Virus record (IMG/VR): IMGVR_UViG_3300032236_002285
Coordinates: 124,001-188,000 of that record
DNA length: 64,000 nucleotides
Strand: one strand, 5' to 3'
Shown here: positions 47,896 through 57,976 of the stretch, piece by piece
Numbering within the stretch: the first letter of the stretch is position 1
Layout of the letters: each line of letters starts with the position of its first letter
Translations under genes and position numbers: made by a program
The notes under the pieces: model-generated
Told to the model about the DNA's origin: nothing
Database searches by the model: none
The model's input: the letters and a program-made list of their open reading frames with translations, nothing else

Positions 47896-48592
47896 AAATT
47901 ATTATGCTATTCTTGGAGTTGATAATAACTCTGATGAAAAGACTATTAAAAAAGCTTATTATAAATTATCATTTACACATCACCCTGATAAGAATGGCGA
48001 TCCTATAGTTTTTGGTGAAATGACCGAGGCATATGATGTTCTTTGTTCTGATAAAAGAAAAGATTATGATGTTAAAAGTAGATTTGGTAACAACTATAAC
48101 GAATATTTTGAGTTATTTGATATTAAAATAGACTTTGACTATACTAAGGAAAAATCTAACTATGAAAAATTTAAGAAAAATGAGGTATTGGATATCTATA
48201 TTAACATAGATGAGACTTTTGATGGCACCTTAGAATATGAAAGATGGGTTAAATGTAAAACTTGTGATGGTACTGGTAAGGATCTTTCCGCTAAAATTGT
48301 TATTAAAGACAATGATGGTAATATTATAAAAACTTTTGACGCTGATGATGGTTGTGATTTCTGTGAAGGTTCTGGTAAAGACTATAAAGGAGATGATTGT
48401 AATTTCTGTCAGGGTAAGGGTAAAGTAGGTTTAACACCTTGTAAAAAATGTAATGGAGAAAAAAGAATTTTAGGAAAGCAAAAGTTATCTGGTATTAAAT
48501 TAACCGGAGATGAAACTAAAATAGAATCCATGGGTAATTGCTCTAAAGATATAGCTGGTATGGTTGGTTATCTTTTATTAAAAAAGAGTTAA
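47882..48592 (+). CDS. dnaJ: DnaJ-like co-chaperone (J domain plus zinc finger, truncated C-terminus)
   Basis: NYYAILGV...KKAYYKL...HPDKN; four CxxCxGx repeats. Confidence 0.85.
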   Translation: MNLNKNYYAILGVDNNSDEKTIKKAYYKLSFTHHPDKNGDPIVFGEMTEAYDVLCSDKRKDYDVKSRFGNNYNEYFELFDIKIDFDYTKEKSNYEKFKKNEVLDIYINIDETFDGTLEYERWVKCKTCDGTGKDLSAKIVIKDNDGNIIKTFDADDGCDFCEGSGKDYKGDDCNFCQGKGKVGLTPCKKCNGEKRILGKQKLSGIKLTGDETKIESMGNCSKDIAGMVGYLLLKKS

Positions 48593-51500
48593 AATCCTGA
48601 AGAAATTGGTCCAGTTGGAACAGAAATTGGAGTAGTATATATAGTAGTACCACCTGTTGGTGCAGAGCCAATACCAGCTCCAACCCCACTAACTACTGTA
48701 TTAGAATTTTGAGTATTAATACTATCTAATCCAATTGATATATTATCAATAAAATTAAAATTAGCATTTGAATAATCAATAAAAGGTGATATCCCTTGGA
48801 ACGGAATTTGAATACCTTGATTTATATTATCATCAGTAAAATATTGAAAGAAAGGTATCATATCTACTTCATAAAAATGTAAATTATCAATTACATATTC
48901 CGCTGTATCTGTCAATGCTGGTGATATACCATAAAAGTGCATAGCTAAATTTCTCTTATTATAGAAATATTCTGTTTTCTTCTTTTTTGGTGTAGTTATA
49001 TGATTTACATTTTGATACACCGGTAAATATGTAGCATTAACCGTCACTGATGCTGTTGAACCGTATACCGCAGATGAGAGACTAGCACTTCTATTAACAT
49101 AGTTTAAATTATTAAAGTGTATAGGTGGTTCCGGTAACAAAGCATTTAATCCAATCAATTTATATGAATAAGGCGAATGTTTAAGTACGGTAAAAGCATA
49201 TTTACCACTACCAACCACATCATATCTATATTGACTAATATTATTTGAATAAGTAACTAAATCAAAATCAATTTTAGTATATCTAAATCTTTGAACATCT
49301 TCATATATTTTATTCTCTACAAAAATATCACTAAATGGTGTTATGTCTAATATACCACCATTTCCAATTGATTGTACTTTTAACTCCTCACCTATTATTG
49401 AGTTAATTCCTATATCCTCAGTTCTTGAGAATGTTAGTGATGAGTCATCCCATCTTGAGAATGTCCAGCCATATTTTACAAAAGTTGATTCACTACTTGA
49501 ACTATATGTTCCGTAGTTTGATGCCCAAGAATCTGTGAAATTACCAGAGTCACCAATAAAGTCACCAAATATTTTGTATTTTGTTCCTAATCGGTACTTT
49601 CTAACAGTTTTTGAAAAACTATCTCTAAATGTTGAATTACTTTCAAGAACATCATTTGTTATATAACCATATAAGTTATTTTCAGAATATGTTCTATTTG
49701 ATAAATAATTTGTTAATGTTTGTGGTTTACCTATATTAGAAGCATATGAACTATTATATGTAACATCTATCCAAGAATTATAAATAAAAACCGCATTACT
49801 TTCTAATGAGCTATTTGATGTTACACTTGATATATTGTTAGATCTAAAATCCACTCTTTGTAAAAGACCTTTAGATTTATCTATTGTTATTTTTCCAGTT
49901 TCTGGTAAAAGATCATTACCATAATCAACATCTATAACTACTTGATAGTTATTAACCACTGATGTAACATAGTGATCCCCATCATATTGAGGATTTACTA
50001 GTTTATTATCTTTATTTACTGTTATTAAATCACCAACCACTAAGCCATGTGGCGATGAGAATGTTAGTCCTAAACTACCAGACTGATATAATGTTCCAGA
50101 GAAATTAGGAACTGTATATAGTGTTGTATTAAAGTGACCACCATCAAATATACCATCTATCCAATGAGAGTCATACATCTCTGTAATTAAAGGGTAACCC
50201 TTAAATAAACCATAGTTCCAAATTCCGGTAAAGTAACCGTTCAGGAATCCACCAGATAACCAAACATTTTTAGTTACATAAATTCTATGATTGTCCGAAT
50301 CTTTCTCAATTCTTCTAATAGGGAAGTTATTATCAAACTCAACAACAATTGTAGTATCTGTTTTATTAATAATTGTATAATATCCTTTCAACAATTTTCT
50401 TTCCTCATTTATATCAATTGCAACAATATTACCTATTGACACATTGTCACCAATATTAAAATTAGCAACTGAAGATGTCGGACCAGATATTTGAACTCTC
50501 CATCTCTTATCTTTATTATAACCAAAAAACTGATAAATATTATAGAAGGTGTGCATTTGATTATCAACTCTCCAACCACTATTCCAAACACCATTTTCCC
50601 ATATACCTGCTTTGAAAGTACCGTTTCCTATTTTTGCATATATCTTACTAATACCTGGATTAATAAGAGAGGATGTCGCATTAACTGTATTACCAGCTCC
50701 AACAAAAGTTGTATATGTCGCACCAGTTAAGCCAGTTATTGTTGAATATGTTACATAATTAGACATAACATATTGTCTATTATTACCTGGATGATAACCA
50801 CCTTCAATTCTAAGATTTCTTAAATATACTGATGAGTATGTTGTTCCTGATGCAGATGCACCCACAAATGGACCAACAATATATAAGTATTGATTTCCTC
50901 TTAGACTATAAAAAGACTCAGGTATATAATAGTTATATGATGAATATGTTCCTGAAAAACTTTGTGTCAAAGAAGCTATTAATACCGCATCAGATGGAGG
51001 TGTAAATGTATTAGTTACTATAGTTGCCCAATCAGAAGCAGCATTACTAGGTTGTGTATAAGATGTGTATATTTTTAATGGAAAATTACTTATGTTTTGA
51101 TAATCAAAGTACAAATTAAAATAAGAATAAGGAATAAATTTTATTAAAAAGTTATTTAATCTATACCCTACACTTTGCCCTTTACTATTGTTCTGACCAC
51201 CAACTGGTAGATAACCAGCAGATGTTGCATCTGATATTAAAGATGGTGAACCAGTAACTCTATCATACCAGTTATAAACATCAGCCGACTTATCATAATA
51301 CCAACCAAGTGAGTTTGATGTAATTGGTTGTAATTCACTACCGGTTACTTTATAATAAGAAAATCCTTGTAAACCAAAATCTATTTCATTTACTGAAATA
51401 TCTGTTATACCTGGTAAATGTGATGCCGTATTACCGAAATCACCATTAGCCTTATAAGTAACTTGTGCAGTTGAACTTACAGGTGATGTTGGTGTTGAGT

Positions 51501-51813
51501 AGTGGAAAAAACTTTGAGTAGTAGAAGGTGCTGTAGAAGAAGCAGTCAAACCATTAGAATAGTTTAACTGATCTGTCCAAGACCCAGGACTAACCGAAAA
51601 TGAGCCATGTGCTGAATATAAATTCCAAGTATGTGTTACAAATTGATATGTCTTTTTAGTACTATATGAATAATTAGTACCATAGTGTGTAATTGGATAA
51701 ATTGATGATACTGCCGCTGCTCCTATTGCTGAAGTATTTACTTGCATTCTGCCTGGAGCAGGTGATGCTGAGTAAATCCAATAATTATAACCTGTTGGTA
51801 TTGGTGCTGGCAT
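48589..51813 (-). CDS. 1074-aa putative structural protein with W-x-x-G repeats
   Basis: GIWENGVWNSGW, WLSGGFLNGYFTGIWNYG, HWIDGIFDGGHF. Confidence 0.7.
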   Translation of the reverse strand: MPAPIPTGYNYWIYSASPAPGRMQVNTSAIGAAAVSSIYPITHYGTNYSYSTKKTYQFVTHTWNLYSAHGSFSVSPGSWTDQLNYSNGLTASSTAPSTTQSFFHYSTPTSPVSSTAQVTYKANGDFGNTASHLPGITDISVNEIDFGLQGFSYYKVTGSELQPITSNSLGWYYDKSADVYNWYDRVTGSPSLISDATSAGYLPVGGQNNSKGQSVGYRLNNFLIKFIPYSYFNLYFDYQNISNFPLKIYTSYTQPSNAASDWATIVTNTFTPPSDAVLIASLTQSFSGTYSSYNYYIPESFYSLRGNQYLYIVGPFVGASASGTTYSSVYLRNLRIEGGYHPGNNRQYVMSNYVTYSTITGLTGATYTTFVGAGNTVNATSSLINPGISKIYAKIGNGTFKAGIWENGVWNSGWRVDNQMHTFYNIYQFFGYNKDKRWRVQISGPTSSVANFNIGDNVSIGNIVAIDINEERKLLKGYYTIINKTDTTIVVEFDNNFPIRRIEKDSDNHRIYVTKNVWLSGGFLNGYFTGIWNYGLFKGYPLITEMYDSHWIDGIFDGGHFNTTLYTVPNFSGTLYQSGSLGLTFSSPHGLVVGDLITVNKDNKLVNPQYDGDHYVTSVVNNYQVVIDVDYGNDLLPETGKITIDKSKGLLQRVDFRSNNISSVTSNSSLESNAVFIYNSWIDVTYNSSYASNIGKPQTLTNYLSNRTYSENNLYGYITNDVLESNSTFRDSFSKTVRKYRLGTKYKIFGDFIGDSGNFTDSWASNYGTYSSSSESTFVKYGWTFSRWDDSSLTFSRTEDIGINSIIGEELKVQSIGNGGILDITPFSDIFVENKIYEDVQRFRYTKIDFDLVTYSNNISQYRYDVVGSGKYAFTVLKHSPYSYKLIGLNALLPEPPIHFNNLNYVNRSASLSSAVYGSTASVTVNATYLPVYQNVNHITTPKKKKTEYFYNKRNLAMHFYGISPALTDTAEYVIDNLHFYEVDMIPFFQYFTDDNINQGIQIPFQGISPFIDYSNANFNFIDNISIGLDSINTQNSNTVVSGVGAGIGSAPTGGTTIYTTPISVPTGPISSGF

Positions 51814-51857
51814 ATTTAATTTTTTATTTTATATATTAATTTTTTTAATATAGCTTG

Positions 51858-54800
51858 TTAGAAAGGCGTAAGTAATACCAAGTCATTAGAATTTCCAAAA
51901 ACCCAACCACTACTTGTAGAAGCAGTTGCGTTTACTATTGATACTTCCTGACCACTTGAATCTAAGAATATATTCCAAACATGGCAAGATGAAGTGCCAC
52001 TCCAAGACATACCTCTGTGTAATATCTGTAAAACATAGTCATTTGTTACAGAGCCATTAAATTCAAACGATGAACCATACCAGTTACCATTTCTCCAATC
52101 ACCATTTTCCCAGAAGATATTAAAAGCATTCATATAGTTTGCTGTACCATTCTTCCAAATCATACCAGATGCGGTTCCTATATTAAAAGTACCATTTCTC
52201 CATTGTGATATGTAAAACTCACTCTGGTCTAAATAACCATTCTCCCAATAGCAAGTACTATCATTTAGATTAAATGATGATTGAGTTGATCCATTTCTTT
52301 TAACATAAGGATTAAATGAACTTCCAATGAATTTACCTTTTTCAAAAGCACCATCTAACCAAACCGACCCATTCATTTCACCATTTGGGTGACTAAACGT
52401 ACCAGATAACCATAAGCTATTTTTAAATTTAGCTGTTTTAGGCGGCTTATTACTTAATTCTAAGTTTATTGCTCTAACCGGTGTTGTGTAGAATTTTTGA
52501 TCTTTAATGAATCTATCTTTTGTATTAGTAAATATACCATTTCTCCAAAGACCCCAATATGATTGACTATATGAATCAACAAAAGCACTAGCGTTTGAAC
52601 AAGTTAGACCAGATACTGGACTACTTGTACCACTACCTTGTAATTCACCATAAGAGAAAACACCATTGTTCCAAACTCTACCCTTAAATATACCACCATC
52701 AAATTCACCAGTGAACCAAGTTGAATTAGTTAATCCATTTGCATTACCAAATTCACCACCATTAAATGTACCACTTTCCCAACCATAATCAGATTGAGTA
52801 GCAGAACTACTTTGAGTCCAACCATATGCTGATAGAAACTTGCCACCATTGAAAGTACCATTTTTCCATCTACCCATACTTATAAATTGACCTCCGTTAA
52901 ATGAACCATTGTACCAAATTGCGGAATTTTTAGCTGTTTGTGATATATTAGAACCAAAAACACCATTATTAAACACACCGTTTAACCAGTTTATATTTTG
53001 ATTTATATTACCACTATAACTTGTATCAGATGCGTATAAAGTAGCATTATCAACAGTTGTATAACTTACTGTACCGTTATAGATTCTAGTATCGGTTGTA
53101 GATACTTGATTACTTCCTATAACACCACCAATAATATTACCGTTGTAAAAATTAGAATAGTAAAATCTACCACCTGAGAAAGTACCACTTTCCCAATCGC
53201 CTTTATAAAAATCACCGTTTATGAAAATACCATCTTGCCATGAATTTCTATTATTAGGTAATGTACCACTCTTATAATAAGAGTTTATATTTTCTGAATA
53301 ATAATAAGGATTTGAAGTAGTAGCATAACCATTAAATGTTTTTGAGTTATAAAACCAACCATTTAAGAATGTACCATTTACCCATCTTGAATCTCTAATA
53401 ACACCATTACTGAATGTACCATTTATCCATATTGAGTTTTGTATAATACCACTATTCCAAATATCTGAACCATTATTTAAGAAGAACGAGTTTTCATAAG
53501 TTGCATTCGATAGTATATTTCCATTATTTGAAAATATAGAATCTGAAACTACCAAACCTCTAATATTATCTAAGTTGGATAAGTCCTTGTCTAAATAATT
53601 CAAATCTAAATTTTGTATTAATGAACCGTTTATATAAGATCTTCTTAAAAATCCAGATTTAATATTTGATTTATCTATTTTTAGTTTTTTAATATGACCA
53701 TATCTATTTTGAGCACCATTTGTATAAAAATAACCATTTGAAGCTGATAAGCTAATCAACTGACTAACAGTTCCTATTTCTTTTAATTGATAAACACCAC
53801 TTGTATTTGAAACAACTTTATAAGTATCTGGTATTCTTGATACAGAACCATAATTAAAATCAACTGAGTCTAAGAATACAATATCTCCTACACTTATTAA
53901 ATTAGATTCATAATTAGCTGAATCATATGATGTAGTAGCCACAATATAATTTGAGCTATTAATTGATAAGTTATAAGTGCCTCCTGATATTGATGGTATT
54001 GTTATATTATTATCATTATTTGATTCTATATGAGACCCGCTATTCCAGTCAGAATTTTCAATTAAACCACTATCAAAATCAGAGTCAACAATGTAAGCAG
54101 ATGTTACATCAATTACATTTCCTATAGTATTAGGACCTTGTAAAGTAGTAGCATCATAAACCGATGTATCGGTGTTAAAGTTTAAGTTTTCACTTGTTAT
54201 ATTATCATTTATATCAAATCTACTAACCCATAAATCAATTGAGTAGTAACTACTATTCGGATTAACAACATAGTTTATTGTTTGATATTTAATACCTGAG
54301 TATGAAAATGTAGCACTCGTAAACTTATAAGAATTATCTAATGGAGTTGATAAAAAGGCTGAATATTGATAGCCTCTTTTACCACTTGCTGTTAATCCAG
54401 CATACTCTTCTGTATATTCTACCCAAGATCCTATTTTAAACTTTTTATCAAAATAGTTAATTACATTTTTGGTTTTATCATTTATTCTAAGACCTTTTAT
54501 GTAAAAAACATCACCTAACTGAAGTCTCTCATATCCATTTTTGTCTATGTAAAATTTATAGACCTTCTGTACAACATCATTTACATTACTATATGTTTGA
54601 CCAACAATACTAGGATGTTCTGAGGCTGTTAATTCATCATAAGCAAATATTTTAATGATATTATCACTATTATAACTTGAGTTCTTTAAAACAGATTTTG
54701 TAAAGTAAGAATTTATTGATTTTGTTTGTTCAAATTTAGAGTTATTAGCTACCGTGTTTTTTAATTCAACATTAATTAAATGAGAGTTATTAAATTCACA

Positions 54801-56150
54801 ATTATTAAAAAATGCTTGTTTAACAATATTTGAAAAAGGCGAATCATATCCTAATAATTCATTTTCTACTATTGAGTATGTAGCGGATTGTGTACCAAAT
54901 GTTGTTGTATAAATAGAACCATTAGCAATCGTTGACTGATTCATATTAGAATTTACTACAAAGTTATAACCTCTACCTGCGTTGTTAGGTGAGTTAGCTT
55001 TTTGATAAGGTAAACCATAACTATCAAAGCTAGCAAAATAACTTTGAGATGCTGTATATAGCGAATTTAAAGTACCTTTTTTCCAATTAGTATTAATAAG
55101 TGTTCCTATATTCCAAACAGAACCATTACCATCCCAGTTTATTTTGTTATAATATTGGCCAAATATACCAGAATTCCATTTACCGTTAAAAACACCTCCT
55201 CTAAAGTTACTTTTACTTAAATATGGTGGAAAATAAGTTACATCAACAATCCAACTTGATTGTGTTGGTCCAATATTCCACTTATAAATAAATCCTTCTT
55301 TGTAATCTACTCCATTATATGTGAAGTCACCATTCATTATTTTTATTCTATTAGTAATAGAAGCGGTTGCATATGAATAAGAGCCTGTTGTTGTAAAATC
55401 TGATGTAATATTTGTCCAACTTGCTGTTGAGCTTCTAACATAAAATCCAGTACCAGAAACACCACTATTTTTACCCCAGTTTTGAGTAGTTACATAAATG
55501 TTATCAACATATATAATATTATTTTGATAATAACTAAACTTATTGTCAAAGTAACCACTTTTTGTTGTTATAGACCTATTGGCATGTAAAAACTCAGAAT
55601 TGTTTCTTATGTAGTATATTTTAATAAAATCATCATCAGTATGTGATAAATAAGGTAAAACTCCTTTATAATCTATATCTAGTGTAACCTTACATTTATC
55701 TATAGCTAATACTTTATAACCATCTCTTCCTTTTTTATACTTATTCTTTTGAATTAGTAAATCACTATCATAAGTACCATTTAGTATAAATACTTTATCA
55801 CCTACTTTTAATTCTGAGTTAACCTCTGTATAAAAAGTTGTTTTATATGTGCCGTCGTTATTATCATAAGGTTCTACCCAATTTAATAATTTAGGACTAA
55901 ATGTTTTATTTGAGTTTGAAATAAGACCTGCTAGTGGGTCATAGCCTACAAGATTAATATTATTACCAAGATTATTAAGTTCAGCCTTTGTTATTAATTG
56001 AGGTTTTGAAGATATTACATTAGCAACGGTGTTAATACTTGAGTTTGTTAAAGTAGGAACATTACTAGTAGAATAATTAACACTTATAGGATCTGCTGGA
56101 ATATCAAATATTTTTTTTCTAATATTTGGATCTACTGAATATGTTGCCAT
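51858..56150 (-). CDS. 1430-aa putative structural protein with extensive W/F-x-x-G repeats
   Basis: WINGTFSNG...WENGDWRNGNWYG; AATATATA upstream (56174-56181). Confidence 0.7.
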   Translation of the reverse strand: MATYSVDPNIRKKIFDIPADPISVNYSTSNVPTLTNSSINTVANVISSKPQLITKAELNNLGNNINLVGYDPLAGLISNSNKTFSPKLLNWVEPYDNNDGTYKTTFYTEVNSELKVGDKVFILNGTYDSDLLIQKNKYKKGRDGYKVLAIDKCKVTLDIDYKGVLPYLSHTDDDFIKIYYIRNNSEFLHANRSITTKSGYFDNKFSYYQNNIIYVDNIYVTTQNWGKNSGVSGTGFYVRSSTASWTNITSDFTTTGSYSYATASITNRIKIMNGDFTYNGVDYKEGFIYKWNIGPTQSSWIVDVTYFPPYLSKSNFRGGVFNGKWNSGIFGQYYNKINWDGNGSVWNIGTLINTNWKKGTLNSLYTASQSYFASFDSYGLPYQKANSPNNAGRGYNFVVNSNMNQSTIANGSIYTTTFGTQSATYSIVENELLGYDSPFSNIVKQAFFNNCEFNNSHLINVELKNTVANNSKFEQTKSINSYFTKSVLKNSSYNSDNIIKIFAYDELTASEHPSIVGQTYSNVNDVVQKVYKFYIDKNGYERLQLGDVFYIKGLRINDKTKNVINYFDKKFKIGSWVEYTEEYAGLTASGKRGYQYSAFLSTPLDNSYKFTSATFSYSGIKYQTINYVVNPNSSYYSIDLWVSRFDINDNITSENLNFNTDTSVYDATTLQGPNTIGNVIDVTSAYIVDSDFDSGLIENSDWNSGSHIESNNDNNITIPSISGGTYNLSINSSNYIVATTSYDSANYESNLISVGDIVFLDSVDFNYGSVSRIPDTYKVVSNTSGVYQLKEIGTVSQLISLSASNGYFYTNGAQNRYGHIKKLKIDKSNIKSGFLRRSYINGSLIQNLDLNYLDKDLSNLDNIRGLVVSDSIFSNNGNILSNATYENSFFLNNGSDIWNSGIIQNSIWINGTFSNGVIRDSRWVNGTFLNGWFYNSKTFNGYATTSNPYYYSENINSYYKSGTLPNNRNSWQDGIFINGDFYKGDWESGTFSGGRFYYSNFYNGNIIGGVIGSNQVSTTDTRIYNGTVSYTTVDNATLYASDTSYSGNINQNINWLNGVFNNGVFGSNISQTAKNSAIWYNGSFNGGQFISMGRWKNGTFNGGKFLSAYGWTQSSSATQSDYGWESGTFNGGEFGNANGLTNSTWFTGEFDGGIFKGRVWNNGVFSYGELQGSGTSSPVSGLTCSNASAFVDSYSQSYWGLWRNGIFTNTKDRFIKDQKFYTTPVRAINLELSNKPPKTAKFKNSLWLSGTFSHPNGEMNGSVWLDGAFEKGKFIGSSFNPYVKRNGSTQSSFNLNDSTCYWENGYLDQSEFYISQWRNGTFNIGTASGMIWKNGTANYMNAFNIFWENGDWRNGNWYGSSFEFNGSVTNDYVLQILHRGMSWSGTSSCHVWNIFLDSSGQEVSIVNATASTSSGWVFGNSNDLVLLTPF

Positions 56151-56197
56151 CTATTTAACAAAAGAATTTTATGTATATATTATTTATTAAGACTTTC

Positions 56198-56228
56198 TTT
56201 GGTATTAAACTTTATTTGATTATATTTG
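56198..56228 (+). promoter_or_regulatory. Bacteroidota-type sigma70 promoter
   Basis: TTTG 56198-56201, 19-nt spacer, TATATTTG 56221-56228. Confidence 0.75.
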
Positions 56229-56237
56229 TAAAATAAT

Positions 56238-56972
56238 ATGCAAAAGAAAAAGATATTGATTTTTACCGGAGCTGGAGTTTCTGCTGAAAGTGGCGTTGCT
56301 ACTTTTAGAACAGGAGATGATGGGCTTTGGTATAATCACAAAGTAGAAGATGTTGCCACACCTGGTGGATGGCGTAGAGATAGAGAAAAAGTTCTTAATT
56401 TCTACAATATGAGACGTGCTCAACTTAAAGATGTTGAGCCAAACATAGCGCATAAAATAATTACCGATTTAGAAAAAGATTATGATGTTACTGTTGTAAC
56501 TCAGAATGTTGATGATTTACATGAAAGAGCTGGTTCAACAAATATAATTCATCTACACGGTGAATTAACAAAAGCAAGAGGTTGTATGTATGAACATAAA
56601 TCATCTGCTTTAGATAGTATTATTGATATAGGTTACGAACCGATTAAAATTGGTGATAAGTGTCCAACAACTGGTTCACAATTAAGACCTCATATTGTTT
56701 GGTTTGGAGAAGGATTAGATCAATCTGATATAGACAGAGCATCAGCAGCTGCTAATGATTGTAATATTTGTATTATTGTTGGTACTTCAATGCAAGTAGC
56801 ACCGGCTAATACTATTCCATTTTTAACAAAAGAATCAACTAACATTTACTATGTAGATCCATCTGATGCTGATTTTTATGTAGCAGAATATAGAAAAGAA
56901 CTCTTCCACCACTATCAAGAACTAGCATCAACTGGAATGGTAAAAGTTATAGAAGATATAAAAAAATTATAA
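56238..56972 (+). CDS. cobB: Sir2 family NAD-dependent deacylase
   Basis: GAGVSAESG, TFR, QNVDDLHERAG, HLHG, LRPHIVWFGE, VGTSMQV. Confidence 0.93.
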   Translation: MQKKKILIFTGAGVSAESGVATFRTGDDGLWYNHKVEDVATPGGWRRDREKVLNFYNMRRAQLKDVEPNIAHKIITDLEKDYDVTVVTQNVDDLHERAGSTNIIHLHGELTKARGCMYEHKSSALDSIIDIGYEPIKIGDKCPTTGSQLRPHIVWFGEGLDQSDIDRASAAANDCNICIIVGTSMQVAPANTIPFLTKESTNIYYVDPSDADFYVAEYRKELFHHYQELASTGMVKVIEDIKKL

Positions 56973-56974
56973 TT

Positions 56975-57247
56975 ATGAAAAAGGAATATTACAGTTACGA
57001 TTGTTACAAGTCCGCTTCATCATATGGTGATTTTATTAAGTCATTAGGCACATATACCTATGATGATGAAACTGACTCTATCGAATATAATGGTTATATT
57101 GATAGTTCTAGTGTTTATTCAGATTTAACAAGTCAAATAATGAAGTACTATAAAGATAGAGAAACACCTGAACAAAAAGCTATCCGTGAAGCTAAAGAAA
57201 AAGCTGAAAAAAGAAATAATACTATTAATCAAATTTTAGGTGAATAA
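56975..57247 (+). CDS. hypothetical protein, C-terminal RNNTINQIL helix
   Basis: 90-aa ORF. Confidence 0.7.
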   Translation: MKKEYYSYDCYKSASSYGDFIKSLGTYTYDDETDSIEYNGYIDSSSVYSDLTSQIMKYYKDRETPEQKAIREAKEKAEKRNNTINQILGE

Positions 57248-57810
57248 TGTCACATATATCAATTATTGATTGGATTACGGCTTTACTAATAGCATTGCCT
57301 TTATTTACTTTGTTTATTTCAATTCCAAGTTTTGTTGCTATGTATAAACTTGGTTTCAAAGCTTATCGTCAACAACTTCGTGTTTTGAAAATTATGAATC
57401 GTAAGATATCAAGTGGTTATAAAGTCATACATAATCAAGTTTATACATATGCTGGAACGGGTTATAATGTGCCAAATACAGTAACTAGAGTTGAAACTAA
57501 TCATTTTTTCCCAATTGTTATTGATAAAGACCATTTAATAATCTTAACAAAGAAGGAAGGACCTTTCAATACACTTTATATGCAATATTGTGAATTTAAA
57601 AATAAAGAATGGTCAAATGACAATATTGAAATAAAAACTTCAACTTGTTTATTTACTCAACTTCTTAATGATAGATTTCAAAAAAAAGTTGATAATCTTA
57701 TGAAAGAATCTGTTCAAATTGAAGGTGTTGAAAATCTAAACGAGTTATTAAATAGCCAAATAACTTCTATCAAAAGAGAAGAAGTATTAAATTCTATATT
57801 AAATGGATAA
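57247..57810 (+). CDS. membrane-anchored hypothetical protein, C-terminal REEVLNSIL helix
   Basis: N-terminal TM segment. Confidence 0.7.
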   Translation: MSHISIIDWITALLIALPLFTLFISIPSFVAMYKLGFKAYRQQLRVLKIMNRKISSGYKVIHNQVYTYAGTGYNVPNTVTRVETNHFFPIVIDKDHLIILTKKEGPFNTLYMQYCEFKNKEWSNDNIEIKTSTCLFTQLLNDRFQKKVDNLMKESVQIEGVENLNELLNSQITSIKREEVLNSILNG

Positions 57811-57976
57811 GAAAGATATTGTTATAGTAGATTATTTTACTAAACTAACAACTACTGAGCTTTCTGATGATGGTATTGAGGCATTTCGGAAATTAAACTT
57901 TCGTGTTTTAAATATTCGCAAGTGGAGAGGAAAAATAGAAAGACGAAAAGAAAAAATTAAAAGAATCTATGGATAA
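57803..57976 (+). CDS. 57-aa micro-protein: SF4 helicase Walker-B-like segment plus RKEKIKRIY helix
   Basis: Not in ORF track; manual translation MDKKDIVIVDYFTKL...IERRKEKIKRIYG*; ATGGATAA overlaps at both ends. Confidence 0.7.
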   Translation: MDKKDIVIVDYFTKLTTTELSDDGIEAFRKLNFRVLNIRKWRGKIERRKEKIKRIYG

